From the human T2T-CHM13v2.0 reference genome, Homo sapiens: a stretch of DNA of 64,000 nt. Of the stretch, positions 14,116 to 29,947 are shown in pieces (the stretch's first letter is position 1; the number at the start of each line of letters is the position of its first letter). The stretch lies in the NCBI RefSeq assembly GCF_009914755.1, contig NC_060934.1, one strand, 5' to 3'. Made by a program: the position numbers and the translations under genes. The notes beneath the pieces were generated by a model that saw only the letters and a list, made by a program, of their open reading frames with translations, did no database searches and was not told the DNA's origin.

Positions 14116-16609
14116 TATGTCTTTAGCTGCATGGATTTCAAGCCAAGGCCTGCAAACAGCTTGGTTAAGGTGCTGACTTGCTGTTATTGAATGCAGCGCC
14201 CTGCTAGAGCTGTTGCACCCAAACAGGGCTGGGGAGATGCCCAGGAGTGCTTGCAGTCACAGTGGTGGGGCTGGAGTTCGTACCTCCAAGTCAGCAGGCT
14301 CCCTGCCTGTTTTCCTGTTAGATTTTCTTACTAAGTTTGCATATGTGAAGGGGCTAAAGGTCCTGTCTGTCACTCTTCTCAGCAGTGATCAACCTCAAAA
14401 TGAGCTTCTTAATCTGGCAGCTGCTGTCTCTGTGCACTGTGGCAGGTCTGAGCTGGGCACAGCAGCTGGGTGAGGACTTGGCCTGGCAACTGTATCTGTC
14501 CTTCATAGGTTTTTGTGAAAAGAGTTCTGCAGAACCTGTTACAGTAAGAAGTGAACTCAAACATGATGTCTGACTTAATGATGTTCAGATTCTACAGGTC
14601 TCAATAAACTTTCCAGTGTCCTTTAAGGGACTTGGTTTCAGTGGGGGGCTTTCCTTTTAAGAATTTTTGTTCATATAAATAAGTTATTTCAAATAAGGGA
14701 TAAAAGAATGGCATTACAAAATATAGTTTGGGATAGAAATATTAAATGTAGCGAGAATTTATGCATAAGATGTTAACATCGGTATTGATTTTTTTGTCAT
14801 GGAACCTTGGGTTTTAGTCTCAGTCCAAAAGATTAACTTGCTCTGTGACCTTGGACAAATTATTTGACCTCTCTGGACCTCTCAGTGACCTTGGCTGTGA
14901 GGGAGACTCTTGTTTTCATCACCTGTCTTAGTCTGTTTCTGAGCACACTCTGCTCAGCCATTCAGCCACAATTGTTGGACGCTCCTCTAAATGTAGCAAG
15001 GGTGGACATAGTAAAAGCCAAGTGCAAGCCTAACGGTGACAGAAAACCCAGGACGAGGGGAAGTCGGTTGTGTTCTCCAGGTCCTCTCCTAAAGAAGGGT
15101 GGCCATGGGTAGAAGCAGCAGGTCTTACAGGACCTGGGTACCCAGTTTTCCGCTGCTGTCCCTTCTTCCCCAGCTCTCCCAAGTACAGCTGAATGCTCAG
15201 CGTGGCCTCTAGTTGGCCATTCCTGGACCTGGTTTGTGAGTTCTTGTCTGCATTGGTGGATCCTGGAAATCTCGAAACAGTGGAAGTGGGTGTGTGAATC
15301 CACTGCCAAGTGCCTCTGTCCTGAAGAGGATGCTGCTTCATTTCTGTGAGCTCCAGCAATGCTTCCTTAGACCTGCTGACCAAAGCTCAGGAAGCCAACC
15401 TCGGAAGAGAAGGATTTTGCACCTCCTCCCGTGCAGACACCAGCACTAGGGGGCAGCGCGTGGTAATGATGACTCTGCAGGGGCAGGACCCCCCAGGACC
15501 AGGCCTTGGTGCAATGCAGCAGGCATGTGGTCTGGCAGGTCCCATGGCTGTGATCAATTCTGAGTCACTTCATCTTTAAAACAGAGAAATGTGTGACTTC
15601 CAGAGCCTTTCCGTCCCTAATATCCCGTTATGGTTATGCTGGGTTTTGCAGGAGCAACCTCGAGACTAATAAGAGGTTTAGTCACCCCTGCAATCTTTGA
15701 AAAACAACAAATACAGGATGTGGAAAAACCGAGAGTGAGGCACCCAGAGCCCAGAATGCTGGGTAGCTCCTTCCCTAGCTTGTGCAGCATCCTGTGCTGA
15801 GCCACGGCCCCTTACGTGTAAGCAAAACTCGAAACAAAATTCCTGTTCTAGAATATTATCTAGAAAATGTGTACTTGTTTTATACTGACGTAATTCCTTC
15901 AACAAATATTGAGCTGGACACTGTCTAATTCATGTTGGGGATGGATATGGCTTTCTTGGGGGATGTTCTAGTGGAGCAGATGGTCAAATAAGTTAGCGTG
16001 TAAAAAGGATCTTGGTAAGTGTCAGGAGGGAAATTGAGTGGTTATGATAGTAACTAGGAGGTGGCAGCTTGATGGACATGACCTTTTGAGTGGACGTCTC
16101 CGTGGAAGAGATGGGGAGAAGGGAAGATGGATGGAGATGTGGTTGGAGAAGAGCTGATCAGCCCAGGCCTCACAGGCATTGCTGAGGAACACAGATTTGA
16201 AGACCAATGGGAAACTGCCACAGAATTTAGTTAGTTCTGGTGCTCAAGGAGTGGGTGTGACAGGCAGCACGGTTCCCGCCTGGACGGCCACAAGGTGGAG
16301 AGAAGGGCCACATGTACTTCAGAGGTTACACATAGGAAAAGAAAGACCAGTTCTCGCCACACTTCTGGGGTGAACCATCGGTAAGTTGTAACAGATAATG
16401 TGTTCCTGAGGTTAGTCCAAATCCTGAGTACCGGTAATCTACCATGCATCATACACAATGAGACTGTGTCAAGATGAAAAACCCGGACCCCTGCTCTCAA
16501 AAGCTGTGTTTGGGCTGGATCAATGAAAACAGACACATTTTCATCCTAAACACATCTTCATCCTAGCATGGGCATGAGGTGGAATCTCTGAACCTGTCTT
16601 TGGTAATAA

Positions 16610-16770
16610 AAATGTAGACAGAGCGGTTCTTGAACATCATTTCTTCCTGCAGGCACTTGTGGGTTATATAGTCATTTATCTTGTGTTCAGTATTTTTTTA
16701 GTACCTTGAAGCTAATGTGATTGCTACCAAGAAAATCTAGGAGAAACAACTGGAAAATTATAAGAATTCA
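16610..16770 (+). repeat. Local dispersed duplication, copy 1 (copy 2 at 19431-19581)
   Basis: aatgtaga…ggttcttgaacatcatttcttcctgcaggcact…gtcatttatct…ccttgaagctaatgtg…gaattca present at both loci. Confidence 0.9.
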
Positions 16771-16894
16771 GTAAGATTATAGTTACAAGATTAGTACACA
16801 AAAATTGAGTTTTCTAATTTACCAGCAGCAATCAATTAGAGAATATAATGGAGATGCCATTCAAAAATAGCAACAAAGTGTTGCTATTTTGCTG

Positions 16895-17040
16895 CACATG
16901 CCTGTAGTCTCAGCTACTCAGGAGGCTGAGGCAGGAGGATCACTTTGAGCCCAGGAGTTTGGGACTGCAAAGAGCTGTGATGGCATCACTGCACTCTAGC
17001 CTGGGTGACAGAGCAAGACCTTGTCTCTTAAGAAAAAAAC
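16895..17040 (+). mobile_element. Alu right monomer (AluJ/FRAM-like)
   Basis: gcctgtagtctcagctactcaggaggctgagg…gacagagcaagacc plus A-rich tail. Confidence 0.8.
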
Positions 17041-17265
17041 CCAAACCACAAAATAGGAGCAAATTATGTCAAAGAACAAAAACATTTATTAAATGCTTAC
17101 AGTGTGTCCTGCACAGTTTAAGCACTCAACATTTGTTAATTCATTTAATCCCCATAACAATTGCATGAGGTAGCTACTATTATTCCGGATGAAGGTGCTT
17201 ATTAGGCTTGGAGAGGTGAAAACCCTGGTCAGTAAGTGGTAGAGCCAGAAAGCCTGATACCAGAG

Positions 17266-17388
17266 TTTTTTTTAGAGGCAGGATCTCACTGTGTTGCCCA
17301 GGCTGGTCTTGAACTGGACTCAAGTGATCCTCCTGCCCTGGCCTCCCGGAAGGCTGGGATTACAGGCATGAGCCACTGCACTTGGCCC
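17266..17388 (-). mobile_element. Alu left monomer (FLAM-like)
   Basis: Antisense left-arm consensus only. Confidence 0.8.
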
Positions 17389-17467
17389 AATCCAGAGCTT
17401 ATTTCTCATCACTATGCTACATGGTCTTTCACTGCCACTGATTAGGGAGAAACCCATCTAGAAACAT

Positions 17468-18284
<817 letters not shown>

Positions 18285-18444
18285 TCACAGGACCTGACAA
18301 ATGTCACATCTCTCGTTCCTACTCTCCCTTTTGTCTAGTGTGTTCTCTAAGTATACCAAGTTCTGTTTCGATTCAGGAACTTTTTCTGCATTGTTGTTTC
18401 TGTCTGGCGTGCTTCCCCCTGATACCTGCATTGCTCACTCTTCT

Positions 18445-20737
18445 CACTATCTGCTGTTTTTCTTGTTCACTTGATTATTGTCTGGTGTGGCATTTTTCCG
18501 GAAACAAAGCACTGATCTCATATTTGGAGGACTTCCAATTGTGAAAGCTTTCTTCTGCAACTCCCTGTTGTAGGTAGAACAGATGTTCTATCCCCATCGC
18601 TTTTCAGTAGAGCTGAGGGCAGTGTTAGAGAAAGAGCAGTCTCAGCAGAGATGCGTATCCAAATATGGGAGACTCTGGCCGTCAACTAAGGAAGTTTGAA
18701 CAGTGTCATTCAGTCTACAAATATGTGCCTTAAACGTAACATTTTTCCAGAAACACAGTACTGATCTCATATTTTGAGGTACTTCCAATTTTCAAAGCTT
18801 TCTTCTTCATCTCCTCTGTGACTCCCTGATGTAGGTAGAACAGACGTCTGCTTCAATGCCATGTCCTTACAGGCCTCCTCTCACCACAGCCCACCCCCCA
18901 GGGAAGGGCCCTCCTTGTTGCTCTTGTGTTGCCCAACCATAAGCCTTGCCTGGCTCTCCCCACTGTCTGCTGTTTTTCTTGTTCACTTGATTATTGTCTG
19001 GTGTGGCATTTTCCCAGAAACAAAGCACTGATCTCATATTTGGAGGTACTTCCAATTTTCAAAGCTTTCTCCTGCAACTCCCTGATGTAGGTAGAACAGC
19101 TGTTCTGTCCCCATCGCTTTTCAGTAGAGCTGAAGTGCAGAAAGGCTAAGTGACTTGTCAAGGTCGCGTCATCAGCAACCAAACAGATCTTGCAGTTAAT
19201 CTACAGCTACCCCTACAACCACAGAGCGTGGCAAGCCCTCCTGCCCCTAGAATGCTGACTCAGGAGGCAGGAGCCTTGTATGACCCATTCCCTGCTGAAC
19301 CCCAGGACCCAATACATGCCAGCCCTGTCCAGTGAGTGAGTGGATGGGGTGAGGCACAGGTCCAGAAGATCAGGACAGGGATCAAGCCATAGTCACATCT
19401 TGAGCAAAAGGAGGAAAGCTGGAGGTATAGAAATGTAGATAAAGTGGTTCTTGAACATCATTTCTTCCTGCAGGCACTCATGGGTTCTACAGTCATTTAT
19501 CTCGTGTTCAGTAACCTTGAAGCTAATGTGGTTGCTACCAAGAAAACCTAAAAGAAACACCTGGAAAACTATCAGAATTCATCACACCTGTGAGAATGGT
19601 ATGGAGAAAAGGGAGCCCCTTTGCACTGCTGTTGCAAAGGCGAATTATTACAGCCATTCTAGAAGACAATATGGAGGCTCCTAAAAAGACTAAAAATAGA
19701 ATTGCCATATGATCCGGCAATCCCACTTCTGGCTATATATCCAGAGGAATCGAAATCAGTGTGCTGGAGAGACAGCTGCACTCCCATTAAAACACTGTTC
19801 ACAATAGCCCAGACAGGGAGGCAACCTAGGTGTCCATCACTATGTGAAATAAGCCAGGCACAGAAACAAATATCCAATCATTTCACTTACATGTAGAATC
19901 TAAAAAAAGCTGAACTCAGAAGTAGAGTAGAGTGGTGATTATCAGAGGATAGGAAAGGAGGAGGATGAACAAAGGGGAGTGCTGCACCAATGGGTACAAA
20001 GTTTCACTTAGGAGGAGTAAGATCTAGTGATCTATTGAACGAACAGCTACCATCATAAATGCATTGTGTATTCCAAAGTTGTAGATTTCAGTTGTTTTCA
20101 CCACACACAAAAATAAGTACGTGAAGTGATGGATTTGCTCAGTAGCTTGATTTAATCATTCCACAATGTAGAACATGTATCAGAACATATTGTACCCCAT
20201 AAATATATACAATTGTTTTTCAATTAAAAATAAAAAGTAGAGCTATGAGGCGGCTTCAGGAAAGAGGCAGAGCTTGAACTGGTTGTGTTGTAGAATCTGG
20301 ATATGTAGAAAGGAAAGGAATTCCAGCAGGAAGCACATGAACCAAGAGTCCGGAGCCCACCCACTCAGCATTGCCGAGGACAGTGTTAGGGAAAGAGCAG
20401 TCTTAGTAGAGATGCGTGTCACAAATACAGGAGACTCTGGCCGTCAACTAAGGAAGTGTGTACAGTGTCATTCGGTCTACAAATATGTACTTTAAATGTA
20501 ACATTTTTCCAGAAACATAGTATTGATCTCATATTTTGAGGCACTTCCAATTTTCAAAGCTTTCTTCTTCATCTCCTCTGCGACTCCCTGATGTAGGTAG
20601 AACAGATGTTCTATCCCCATCGCTTTTCAGATAGAGCCGAAGTGCAGAAAGGCTAGGTGACTTGGCAAAGGTCACGTCATCAGCAACCAAACAGGACTTG
20701 CAGTTAATCTACAGCTGCCCCTAAACAGAGCGTGGCA
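18445..20737 (+). repeat. Mosaic local duplication (modules A-B-C-B', A-B-D, C-B'-D)
   Basis: Core B (catttt…ctgatctcatattt…acttccaatt…aaagctttct…ctccctg…gtaggtagaacag) at 18491, 18740, 19007 and 20502; flanking modules shared pairwise. Confidence 0.9.
19582..20236 (+). mobile_element. LINE-1 3' end (L1MA-like)
   Basis: ggagaaaagggagccc…aaaaatagaattgccatatgatccggcaatcccacttctgg…tgtaccccataaatatatacaa…caattaaaaataaaaa. Confidence 0.85.
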
Positions 20738-21693
20738 GGCCACACCTGTCACATCAATCTCCATGCACGTCTTTGGAGAAGAGACAGCTGCAACATTTTA
20801 GCTTTAAAAAGTACTTAGCAAATAATGCACCTACAAGCAAGAATGGTGTCTGGGGATCCTGTTATTTTTATTGTTGCTGGATATAGAACCCACACAGATG
20901 GTAAGTCTGGCTTATTAATGGCATTTTGCAGAAATCTATGTGTTACTATTTCAGAATTGCTGCCTGGCCCCCAGGTGACATCCCCTTCCCGCCAGGTCTC
21001 AGTTTAAGAGCTTCAGAGAATCTGGAAACTCAGGGATTTCATGCATGGTCACCACCTGTCCCCTCTCTGAGGCCGTGGCCCCTACTTTAGCAGGTTCTGC
21101 TGGACTAGAGTTTTATTTTTCTGAGCTTGCAATTTCTCATTTTGAGGTTTGAGGTGCTTTTTCCATCTCAAAACCTGCCCAGCCCGTGACTTTCATTGAA
21201 TGTCTCAGTATGGATTTCCTCATTGCTCATGTCTTATCTCAAAAGTTGTGTCTTCATTGGCCTTTTCTGGGTAGCTCATCTAAAGTAGCACCAGTCCCTC
21301 TGTCTCACCCCATAATGGCTCACCGTCAGCCCTCCTGATTCAATTTCTTTGGCAGCATGTCATTTTCTGGTGGTACCCTGCTTATTCCTTACAATCTAAG
21401 TTGTGTGCCTCCCATCAAAGGCAGAGCCTACCCTTCCCCATTTGGAACAGAATGCCGACTTCCTTGCTTGCTAAGCAGGAGACAGTCTCTGAGCAAAGGG
21501 AAGAGCTGATCTCACACAGGGCCTTGGAAAGCATGAAGTTCAGGGATTTCAGTGCCCAGAGCATTTAGGGATTGGTTGGCATTTGCCTGCGTCAGTGTGG
21601 TTACTTAAGACTTGCGGATTGCCTGCCCTTGGCTGCTGATGTGAAATCCTCGTTGATCAAGGAGAATGGGTTTTAAACTGGTTCTGATGGTCA

Positions 21694-22014
<321 letters not shown>

Positions 22015-22593
22015 TTACTCTGTTAATGGAGAGGGCAGAACTAGAGCCAGGAATCAGTAAAAGTTTCTGAGACATGGATTTCTGCTCAGTATAAGGAAGA
22101 CCCTTTAAGAGTTACAGTCGTGCAGAGGTAGAAATGGCCAGGGGCCACCTTCTCATGGTGTTAACCAGTCGTTATCGTTGTCCACTTCCAGCAGCACAGG
22201 CCTGTCATACAATGAGCTCCTCCGTGGAACCCCAGTATACACAGGTCAGAGGCATGCAGATCTGTGTCAGTGGAAGAAACTGTGGAGAGCCAGTTCCAGC
22301 CACATGGTAACCCCTGACACACCCTGACCAGACTTTACGATTCTAAGAAACAAATGCAAGAACCACTCATTACATTATTTAAAAATTCCTGCCGTTATTC
22401 TGTGCAGTGGGCATCTGCATTTCCCACTTTTCAGCTGAAAGGACTTAGGGGAAGAGAAAGTAACTTGAGGGTGGCAGAGCCAGGATTAGAACCCATGCTG
22501 GTCTGATTCTGAAGTCACACTCACAATCACACTACCCTATTACCTCCCAGTGGAGTGAAATGAGATGGTCCATTGTTAAAAAGAGGTCTGGGG

Positions 22594-22958
<365 letters not shown>

Positions 22959-23019
22959 CTATTAATTTTGCTTCCCTAGAAATCTTAGTGACTTATTTAT
23001 TGATGACAGAGATGAATCA

Positions 23020-23451
<432 letters not shown>

Positions 23452-23581
23452 TTAATCCACAGTGCCTTCTTCATCCTTGACTTCATGCTCCAATAAATGG
23501 GACTTTGAAAGGCCCACCAGTTGGTAGTGGACAAGGCATTTTGCACATAAAATTGTACATTTGTGGGTGCTTGAGGTTTTT

Positions 23582-23876
23582 TTGTTGACATCTTTTTCTT
23601 TTGAGACAGGGTCTCTCTCTGTCACCCAGGCTGGAATGCAGGGCTTACTGCAGCCTCGACTTCCCAGGCTTGAGCGATCCTCCCTCCTCAGCCCCGCCCC
23701 GCAAGTAGCTGGGACTACAGGCATGTGCCACCACGACTGGCTAATTTGTTTGAATATTAGTAGAGACAGGATCTTGCTATGTTGGAGGCTGGTCTCCAAT
23801 TCCTGAGTTCAAGCAATCCTCCCATCTTGGCCTCCCAAAGTGCTGGGATTACAGACATGAGCCACCGTGCTTAGCT
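23582..23876 (-). mobile_element. AluJ with 16-bp TSD
   Basis: Antisense Alu flanked by GGTGCTTGAGGTTTTT at 23566-23581 and 23877-23892. Confidence 0.9.
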
Positions 23877-23939
23877 GGTGCTTGAGGTTTTTAGGTCCAA
23901 TTACAACATTTCATCTTTTTACTCACTAGTCAGCAGCAG

Positions 23940-24023
23940 AGATTGCTCACAAGAGAGTATACTGAAGTTCTGTATTTTATTAGATTGCTCACAAGAGAGT
24001 ATACTGAAGTTCTGTATTTTATT
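23940..24023. repeat. Perfect 42-bp tandem duplication
   Basis: AGATTGCTCACAAGAGAGTATACTGAAGTTCTGTATTTTATT twice, no mismatches. Confidence 0.97.
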
Positions 24024-25439
24024 ATCTCCACTACAGGACCTTTACTTTTGCAAATTGCTTGACGTATTCCTCCCTGAAACTTTTGTAACGCTATAATTGT
24101 GTCACAAATATAAGCTCCAAGGACTCTGCTACAATAAAAACATTTAATGTGAACAAGGTAAGACAGGCTCTAAATCTTCCCCATGCCATTTTCATTTCCC
24201 CGGGCCTGTTTTTTTTACTTCACAGAGAATACAAATTTGGCCCACAGGAAAAATACATCCATGGGACCCAATCAGCCTAATTCAGTGCAACACCAACCTC
24301 ATTCTGCTACTTTCCCTGATCAGGGATGGCCTTTATGCAGCTTCCCCTGAATGTCAATGATCAATCTCTTTGAACCAAATCCTGGGGAAATTTGAACGTC
24401 TCTAGCTGTTGAAATATCTTTGATTTTGTGAATAATATTTTCATATACTTATGCATCTTGTTCTCTGTGTAATCTGTTATAAAAATTAGAAGAGTCTCGG
24501 TATTCAATGACATGAAGACGTCTTTCCCAATCACATTCTGCCTGTACATGAAACTTGTCAGAGTAAACAAGTTGAGTTGACGGACAACCGGGTGCCCCTA
24601 TGGAAACGTACTGGCAATCAGGCCTGTGAGCAGGAAAATGTCCTGAAATAACCGGAGCAACTGGGCACAGCGCACAACTTCCCAGCATTGCAGTTTATTG
24701 TTTTAGAGCCCGAGCCCCAGGCGGGATGCTCAGGACCTGCATTCCTTGGCGATTGGGGGAGATGGTAGAATGTTACAGATGAGGGTGCTTTACATGAGCT
24801 CACTCATTTGTGAGAGTCAACTCACTGTGGATTCAGGAGGTCTGAATGATTCCAGCCCTCTGGCTTTTCTTGGAGGAAGCCAACCCAGGCAAACCAATTG
24901 CCACCCACGGAGGATTGCTCTTCACCAAAACCCAGGAGGGCCCAGGCCCGAAGACTAGATTGCTCCAGCTTCCTATGGCAGGAAGAGGATGATAAAAATA
25001 GTTGATGTAGCAACCTGTCTTGCTGCCCAAGGTGCGTAACCTCATGCTTGTTTGGAAAGACTTGAACAGGTAGCTGAGGGTGCAAACAGGGCAGCTGCAT
25101 TTGGAGAGAAGAGGATGAAAGAGGAATGAAGGGAGGCGGTGGGACCGGAAAATCAAAGGTGTGGAAAAGATATGTTATGGTGGGTTAGGTTAATGGACAT
25201 CTCCACTTCAACAAGACCTTCCACAAAAAAGCTGACACCTCGTGAGAAATCAAGGTCCCACTGCATCTGCAAGAAGGGAAGTTGCGTTTGGTGAGAGCCT
25301 GTGATACAAGTGATAAAGATGGAAGCTTACCTTTGAAGAACCACGAAATGCCTCCAATGGACAGGTCATTAAACAGCAGTTCATCTACTCGAGTATTTCC
25401 AGGGCTTTGTCTCTAGCTCAGGCTGTCCTCACATCCGTC

Positions 25440-26145
25440 TGTCAGACACCTCTACTTGACGGAGGCCACCCTTCCTCCCACTCCCTGGCCCTGTGTCCCA
25501 CACCTGTCCCTTCTTAATGAGGGACCCCATCTGCCTGGGTGCCTGGGCCAGGAGGCTCCCTCCCCTTGGGTTGTCTCCACCCTCACTCATGCCCATCGCT
25601 CTGGACTTGGCCTCCTCAGAACCCCCGGGTTCCATCCCTGGCAGCCTGAGGGGCACTCACCTCCACCGCTGCCGCCTTCTGGGTCCTTCTCTTCACAACA
25701 GGTGATGCCATCTTCCTCAAATGCAGATCCGACTGTGTCACCTCCAATGGAGACCTTCAGTGACTTTCCATTGTCGATCGGGTAGAACCCACACTGTCCC
25801 AGGACCAAACAGGGCCCTGCTTCCACCCTCACCTTGTTCCCGCCCAGGCTTTGTTTGTCCTGCATTGCACACAGTGCCCGGTACCCCGCAGGTTCACTCC
25901 CAGCTCTAGGGCATTGCATGTGCTGCTTCCTGCCCATCACAGCCTGGCGACCCTCGCATCCCTTCGGAGCCTGCCACGCCTCTCCTTCAGAAACAGCCCT
26001 AACCCGGATACTGCACCCTGCTGCGCTGCTGACCTGCAGGTACCTTCCTGCATCCCATTCCACATGGAGACCCCCTGGGCAGAGGCTTGGCCCCGTAGTA
26101 TCCCTAGTGCCAAGCACCATGCCCACATGTGCCACTCACTGAATT
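25440..26145 (+). mobile_element. Degenerate L2 3' region
   Basis: Pyrimidine-rich L2-like text ending tatccctagtgccaagcaccatgccc. Confidence 0.5.
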
Positions 26146-27185
26146 AAAACTAGCAACTTAATAAAATTTGAACACTCAAACATATCACCCACACTGGTCG
26201 CAGACATGCTGTGAAGGCATGTCACCTCAGAAAGGTTGCATTTTGACTCTTCCACCAAGAGTAAATGGCTGCAAGAGATTGGAAGTGGCTGAGCAGAAGG
26301 TGGTCTGCAGGAACTTCCCAGCGCCCACCCCTGCCCCATGGGAACACAGGTGGGTCTTTGGTGGTGGAAAACATACTCTGTAAATAGCCAAGTGAGTGCT
26401 ATTATGAAGTCAGGGGAGACATTGTATGGAGAAAAGCTACAGAAGTGGAAATACATTAGCCAACCCGACTTCAAGGGAAATGACTGTCCCATGAAACTGG
26501 GCTGGAAATGCTCCAAGGTAGGCTGAGCTGGGACCTGATGCTGCGTAAAGAGCCCAGAGGGAAGGGTGAGGTGTGGAGAACTCAGACCGAATGTGAAGGG
26601 TGTGAGCACCCCATAGAAGTTCTGCATTGGAGGAACACCCAAAGACTTAGGGAGTTGGCATCCAAGTAGCTTGGAGGTAAGCTGAAGTTATTTCTTCTTC
26701 CTTTGTGCAAAGTCCTTCAAAAATATCTTTGATCTAAGCTCTCAGGCACCACAGGAACACACAAGCATTTGTTCTCAGCCTGGGCGTGTTCGGTGGTGAC
26801 AGCAAAGGCACCTGCCCTCTAGAACAGCCTGGAAACAGCTGGCAGAGAAGAGACAGCCTGCAGCTTACCCCAGCCTCCGTGGGTTCAGGCTCCCCGGTGG
26901 TGTGTGCTCACTCTCCCTCCTTCCCTCCCTCTTTCTCTCTCTCTGTCACACACGCCCCCATACACCCCTATGTAAAATGCCTGTACCCCAAGAGATCAGA
27001 ATTAGGGTAGGGTGTTCGCTGCACCACCAGTTCTGCTTCTGATCTGAGTGTCCAGGGTCAGGTTTCTTGTGACCACAATAAGTATTGCTTGAATTTCACA
27101 CAATTTCCTCCCTCAGAGGTCCCTGTGCCTTCAGAGGACTATACAAAAAACACCCTCTGGAAGTGTGAGGCTCCTGCATGTACCT

Positions 27186-27187
<2 letters not shown>

Positions 27188-27222
<35 letters not shown>
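27188..27222. repeat. (TG)17 microsatellite
   Basis: Direct reading. Confidence 0.97.
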
Positions 27223-27223
<1 letters not shown>

Positions 27224-27304
27224 TCAGCTCTGGGTTAAATGGAAAGACCACGGTCGTGGAAGAGGCAGCTCTGAGTCCAGATTCTTCTGTGATCTTGGGC
27301 AAAT

Positions 27305-27705
27305 TCCCTCACTTTCTGCTAGGGCTACAAGAACAGAATACCTCAGAGACTGGGCGTCTTCTGCAGCAGAAACACCCTCTCACTGTCCTGGAGGCCAGAA
27401 AGCCGAGACAAAGGTGTGGGCACCGTTGGTCTCTCCCGAGGACTCTCTCCTTGGTTCGCAGATGGCGGCTTCCCCCGGTGCCCGTAGCATCTTCCCTGTG
27501 CACGCACCTCCCTGGTGTCTCTCTCTGGTCGTAATCTCTTCTTCTTAGGACACCAGTCAGATTGTATTAGGGCTCACCCTAATGGGCTCATTTTAGCTTC
27601 ATTACCTCTTAAAAGACCCTGTCTCCAAATATAGGCACGTTCTGAGGTTCTGGGGGTTAGGACGTTAGCAGATGAATGTTGGGGGGACTTGTTCAGCCTA
27701 CAGCA
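27305..27705 (-). mobile_element. MaLR LTR (MLT1B-like)
   Basis: tcctggaggccagaa…gacaccagtcagattg…agggctcaccctaatg…ctgtctccaaata…tctgaggttctgggggttaggac. Confidence 0.8.
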
Positions 27706-27757
27706 CTTTTCTCAGCTTCATTTTTGCTCTTGATGTCTGAAGGAGTCAAGCCAGTGA

Positions 27758-28211
<454 letters not shown>

Positions 28212-28607
28212 CAGCCATGTGTTTTTCTTTCTGCATGTACCTCTCCATCTGAAGAGAACACCCCTCCCTCTCCATCTCTGTCAGTTGCTGGTGTTGTCAT
28301 AGCTAAGGTCATCTGAGCTGTCTCCCTCTCTAGGTTGCACTTTAGAGTGGCAGTCAGGGAACAGAAAGAAGGCAAGGCTCACATGAAGGAAGATGGGGCC
28401 CAGTACAATGTGGCCCGGCGTGCAGGGCTCCTTGAGGTCCCAGGACCATTCCTAGTTAGGGCTCCACCCAACAGCAGGCCCAGGCCCACCCTGGCTCTGG
28501 GCACATCCTCATTGTGAGTGTGTGGATCAGGACACACACCCCACCCCTCAGGTCTCGACTGGCTCCTGTATCTGCTACCAGCCCCAGAATCAGCGAGTGT
28601 TACCACA

Positions 28608-28875
28608 TTTTTTTTTCCTAAGAGACAAGTTCTCCCTCTGTTGCCCAGATTGGAGTACAGTGGCATGGTCATAGCTCACTGCAGCCTTGAACCCCTGAGC
28701 TCAAGCAATCCTCCTGCCTCAGCCTCCTGAGTAGCTGGGACTACAGGCATGTACTACCACGCCTGGCTAACTTGTTTTTCTATTTTTTGTAGAGATGGAG
28801 GTCTTGCTATGTTGCCCAGGCTGGTCTTGAACTCTGGGCTCAAGCAATCCTCCTGCTTCAGCCTCCCAAGTTGCT
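28608..28875 (-). mobile_element. AluJ
   Basis: Antisense Alu with J diagnostics (catagctcactgcagccttga). Confidence 0.85.
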
Positions 28876-29601
28876 GTTAACTCCTTCTGAGCTGCCCCCC
28901 CTTACACTAAGGAAAATGGTGGATGGAGCTGTAAGTGCAGGAACAGAAAATGACCTCCTGTGGGGGCTGAAAGGAATTCTTGCCCGAAACCATCCTTTTC
29001 TCCTCTCAGCTCCAAAGAGAAGAAGCATATCTGTGTAGTTACTGTCAGAAGCTCATGCATATCCTGTCCTTGCTCCCTTAAATAATGGCTCCCAATGGCC
29101 ATATTGAAAGTGCTGTACTCTGAGAGAACTTTGGATATCTTCAGCTCCTGGTCTGCCTCAGTATCCAATTTAACAGAAAAGAGAGAGAAACAGAAAGCAA
29201 CTGCTTTTAGAGTTTGGTTGTTCCTGAGAAATGGTAGAAATGCCCTGCAATTTCCATCCTGTTTCAGTTCATTGCTAAGGCTTTCATTGAATAAGAGCTT
29301 AAAAAACAACAACAACAAACTGAGCCAAAACCAAAATGACATAAACAAAGGCACAGTTAATTTCAACCCATCTGTCTTTTGTCAGAAAAAGACCTTCTGT
29401 TTTTGATCACTCTGGCAACAGCATGGGTTTTGTTTTTTAACAGCTAAGTAAGAAGTTAGAAATAGAAGGAAGAACTCCACACCTGTTGCTTTTAGGGTCA
29501 ATTATTTATTGATGTCATAAACTGCACAGAGGAAGGCATTTTGCTGCAGAAGCTAATGGAGCTACAGTGCAGTAGCTGTATCAATCAGCTCAGCTCAAGT
29601 A

Positions 29602-29947
29602 TTTTATTTTTGTTGTTGTTGCTGTTTTTTGTTTTTGTTTTTGTTTGTTTGCTGTTTAAGACAGAGTCTTGCTCTGTCACCCAGGCTGGAATGCAATGGC
29701 ATGATCATGGCTCACTGTAGCCTCGACCTCCTGGGCTCAAGTGATCCTCCCACCTCAGCCTCCTGAGTAGCTGAGATGACAAGCATGCACCACCACACTG
29801 GCTAATTTCTTTTTATTTGTATTTTTTGTAGAGGTGGAGCTTTGCCATGTTGCACAGGCTGCTGTCAAACTCCTGGGCTCAAGTGATCCTCCAGTCTCAG
29901 CCTCCCTAAGTGTTGGGATTGCAGGTGTGAGCCACTGCACCCGGCCC
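29602..29947 (-). mobile_element. AluJ
   Basis: Antisense Alu with a (TTG/TTTTG)n tail. Confidence 0.88.

Noticed and set aside
18445-20737. Repeat-spacer or CRISPR-like array reading of the four B modules
   Set aside because: Repeats are over 100 bp, diverged and irregularly spaced, the 'spacers' are themselves duplicated, and the context is primate DNA
24361-25156. Possible processed pseudogene in the TE-poor 24-25 kb stretch
   Set aside because: The short ORFs resemble nothing I recognise, and there is no poly(A) tail or TSD; a tBLASTx search would be needed
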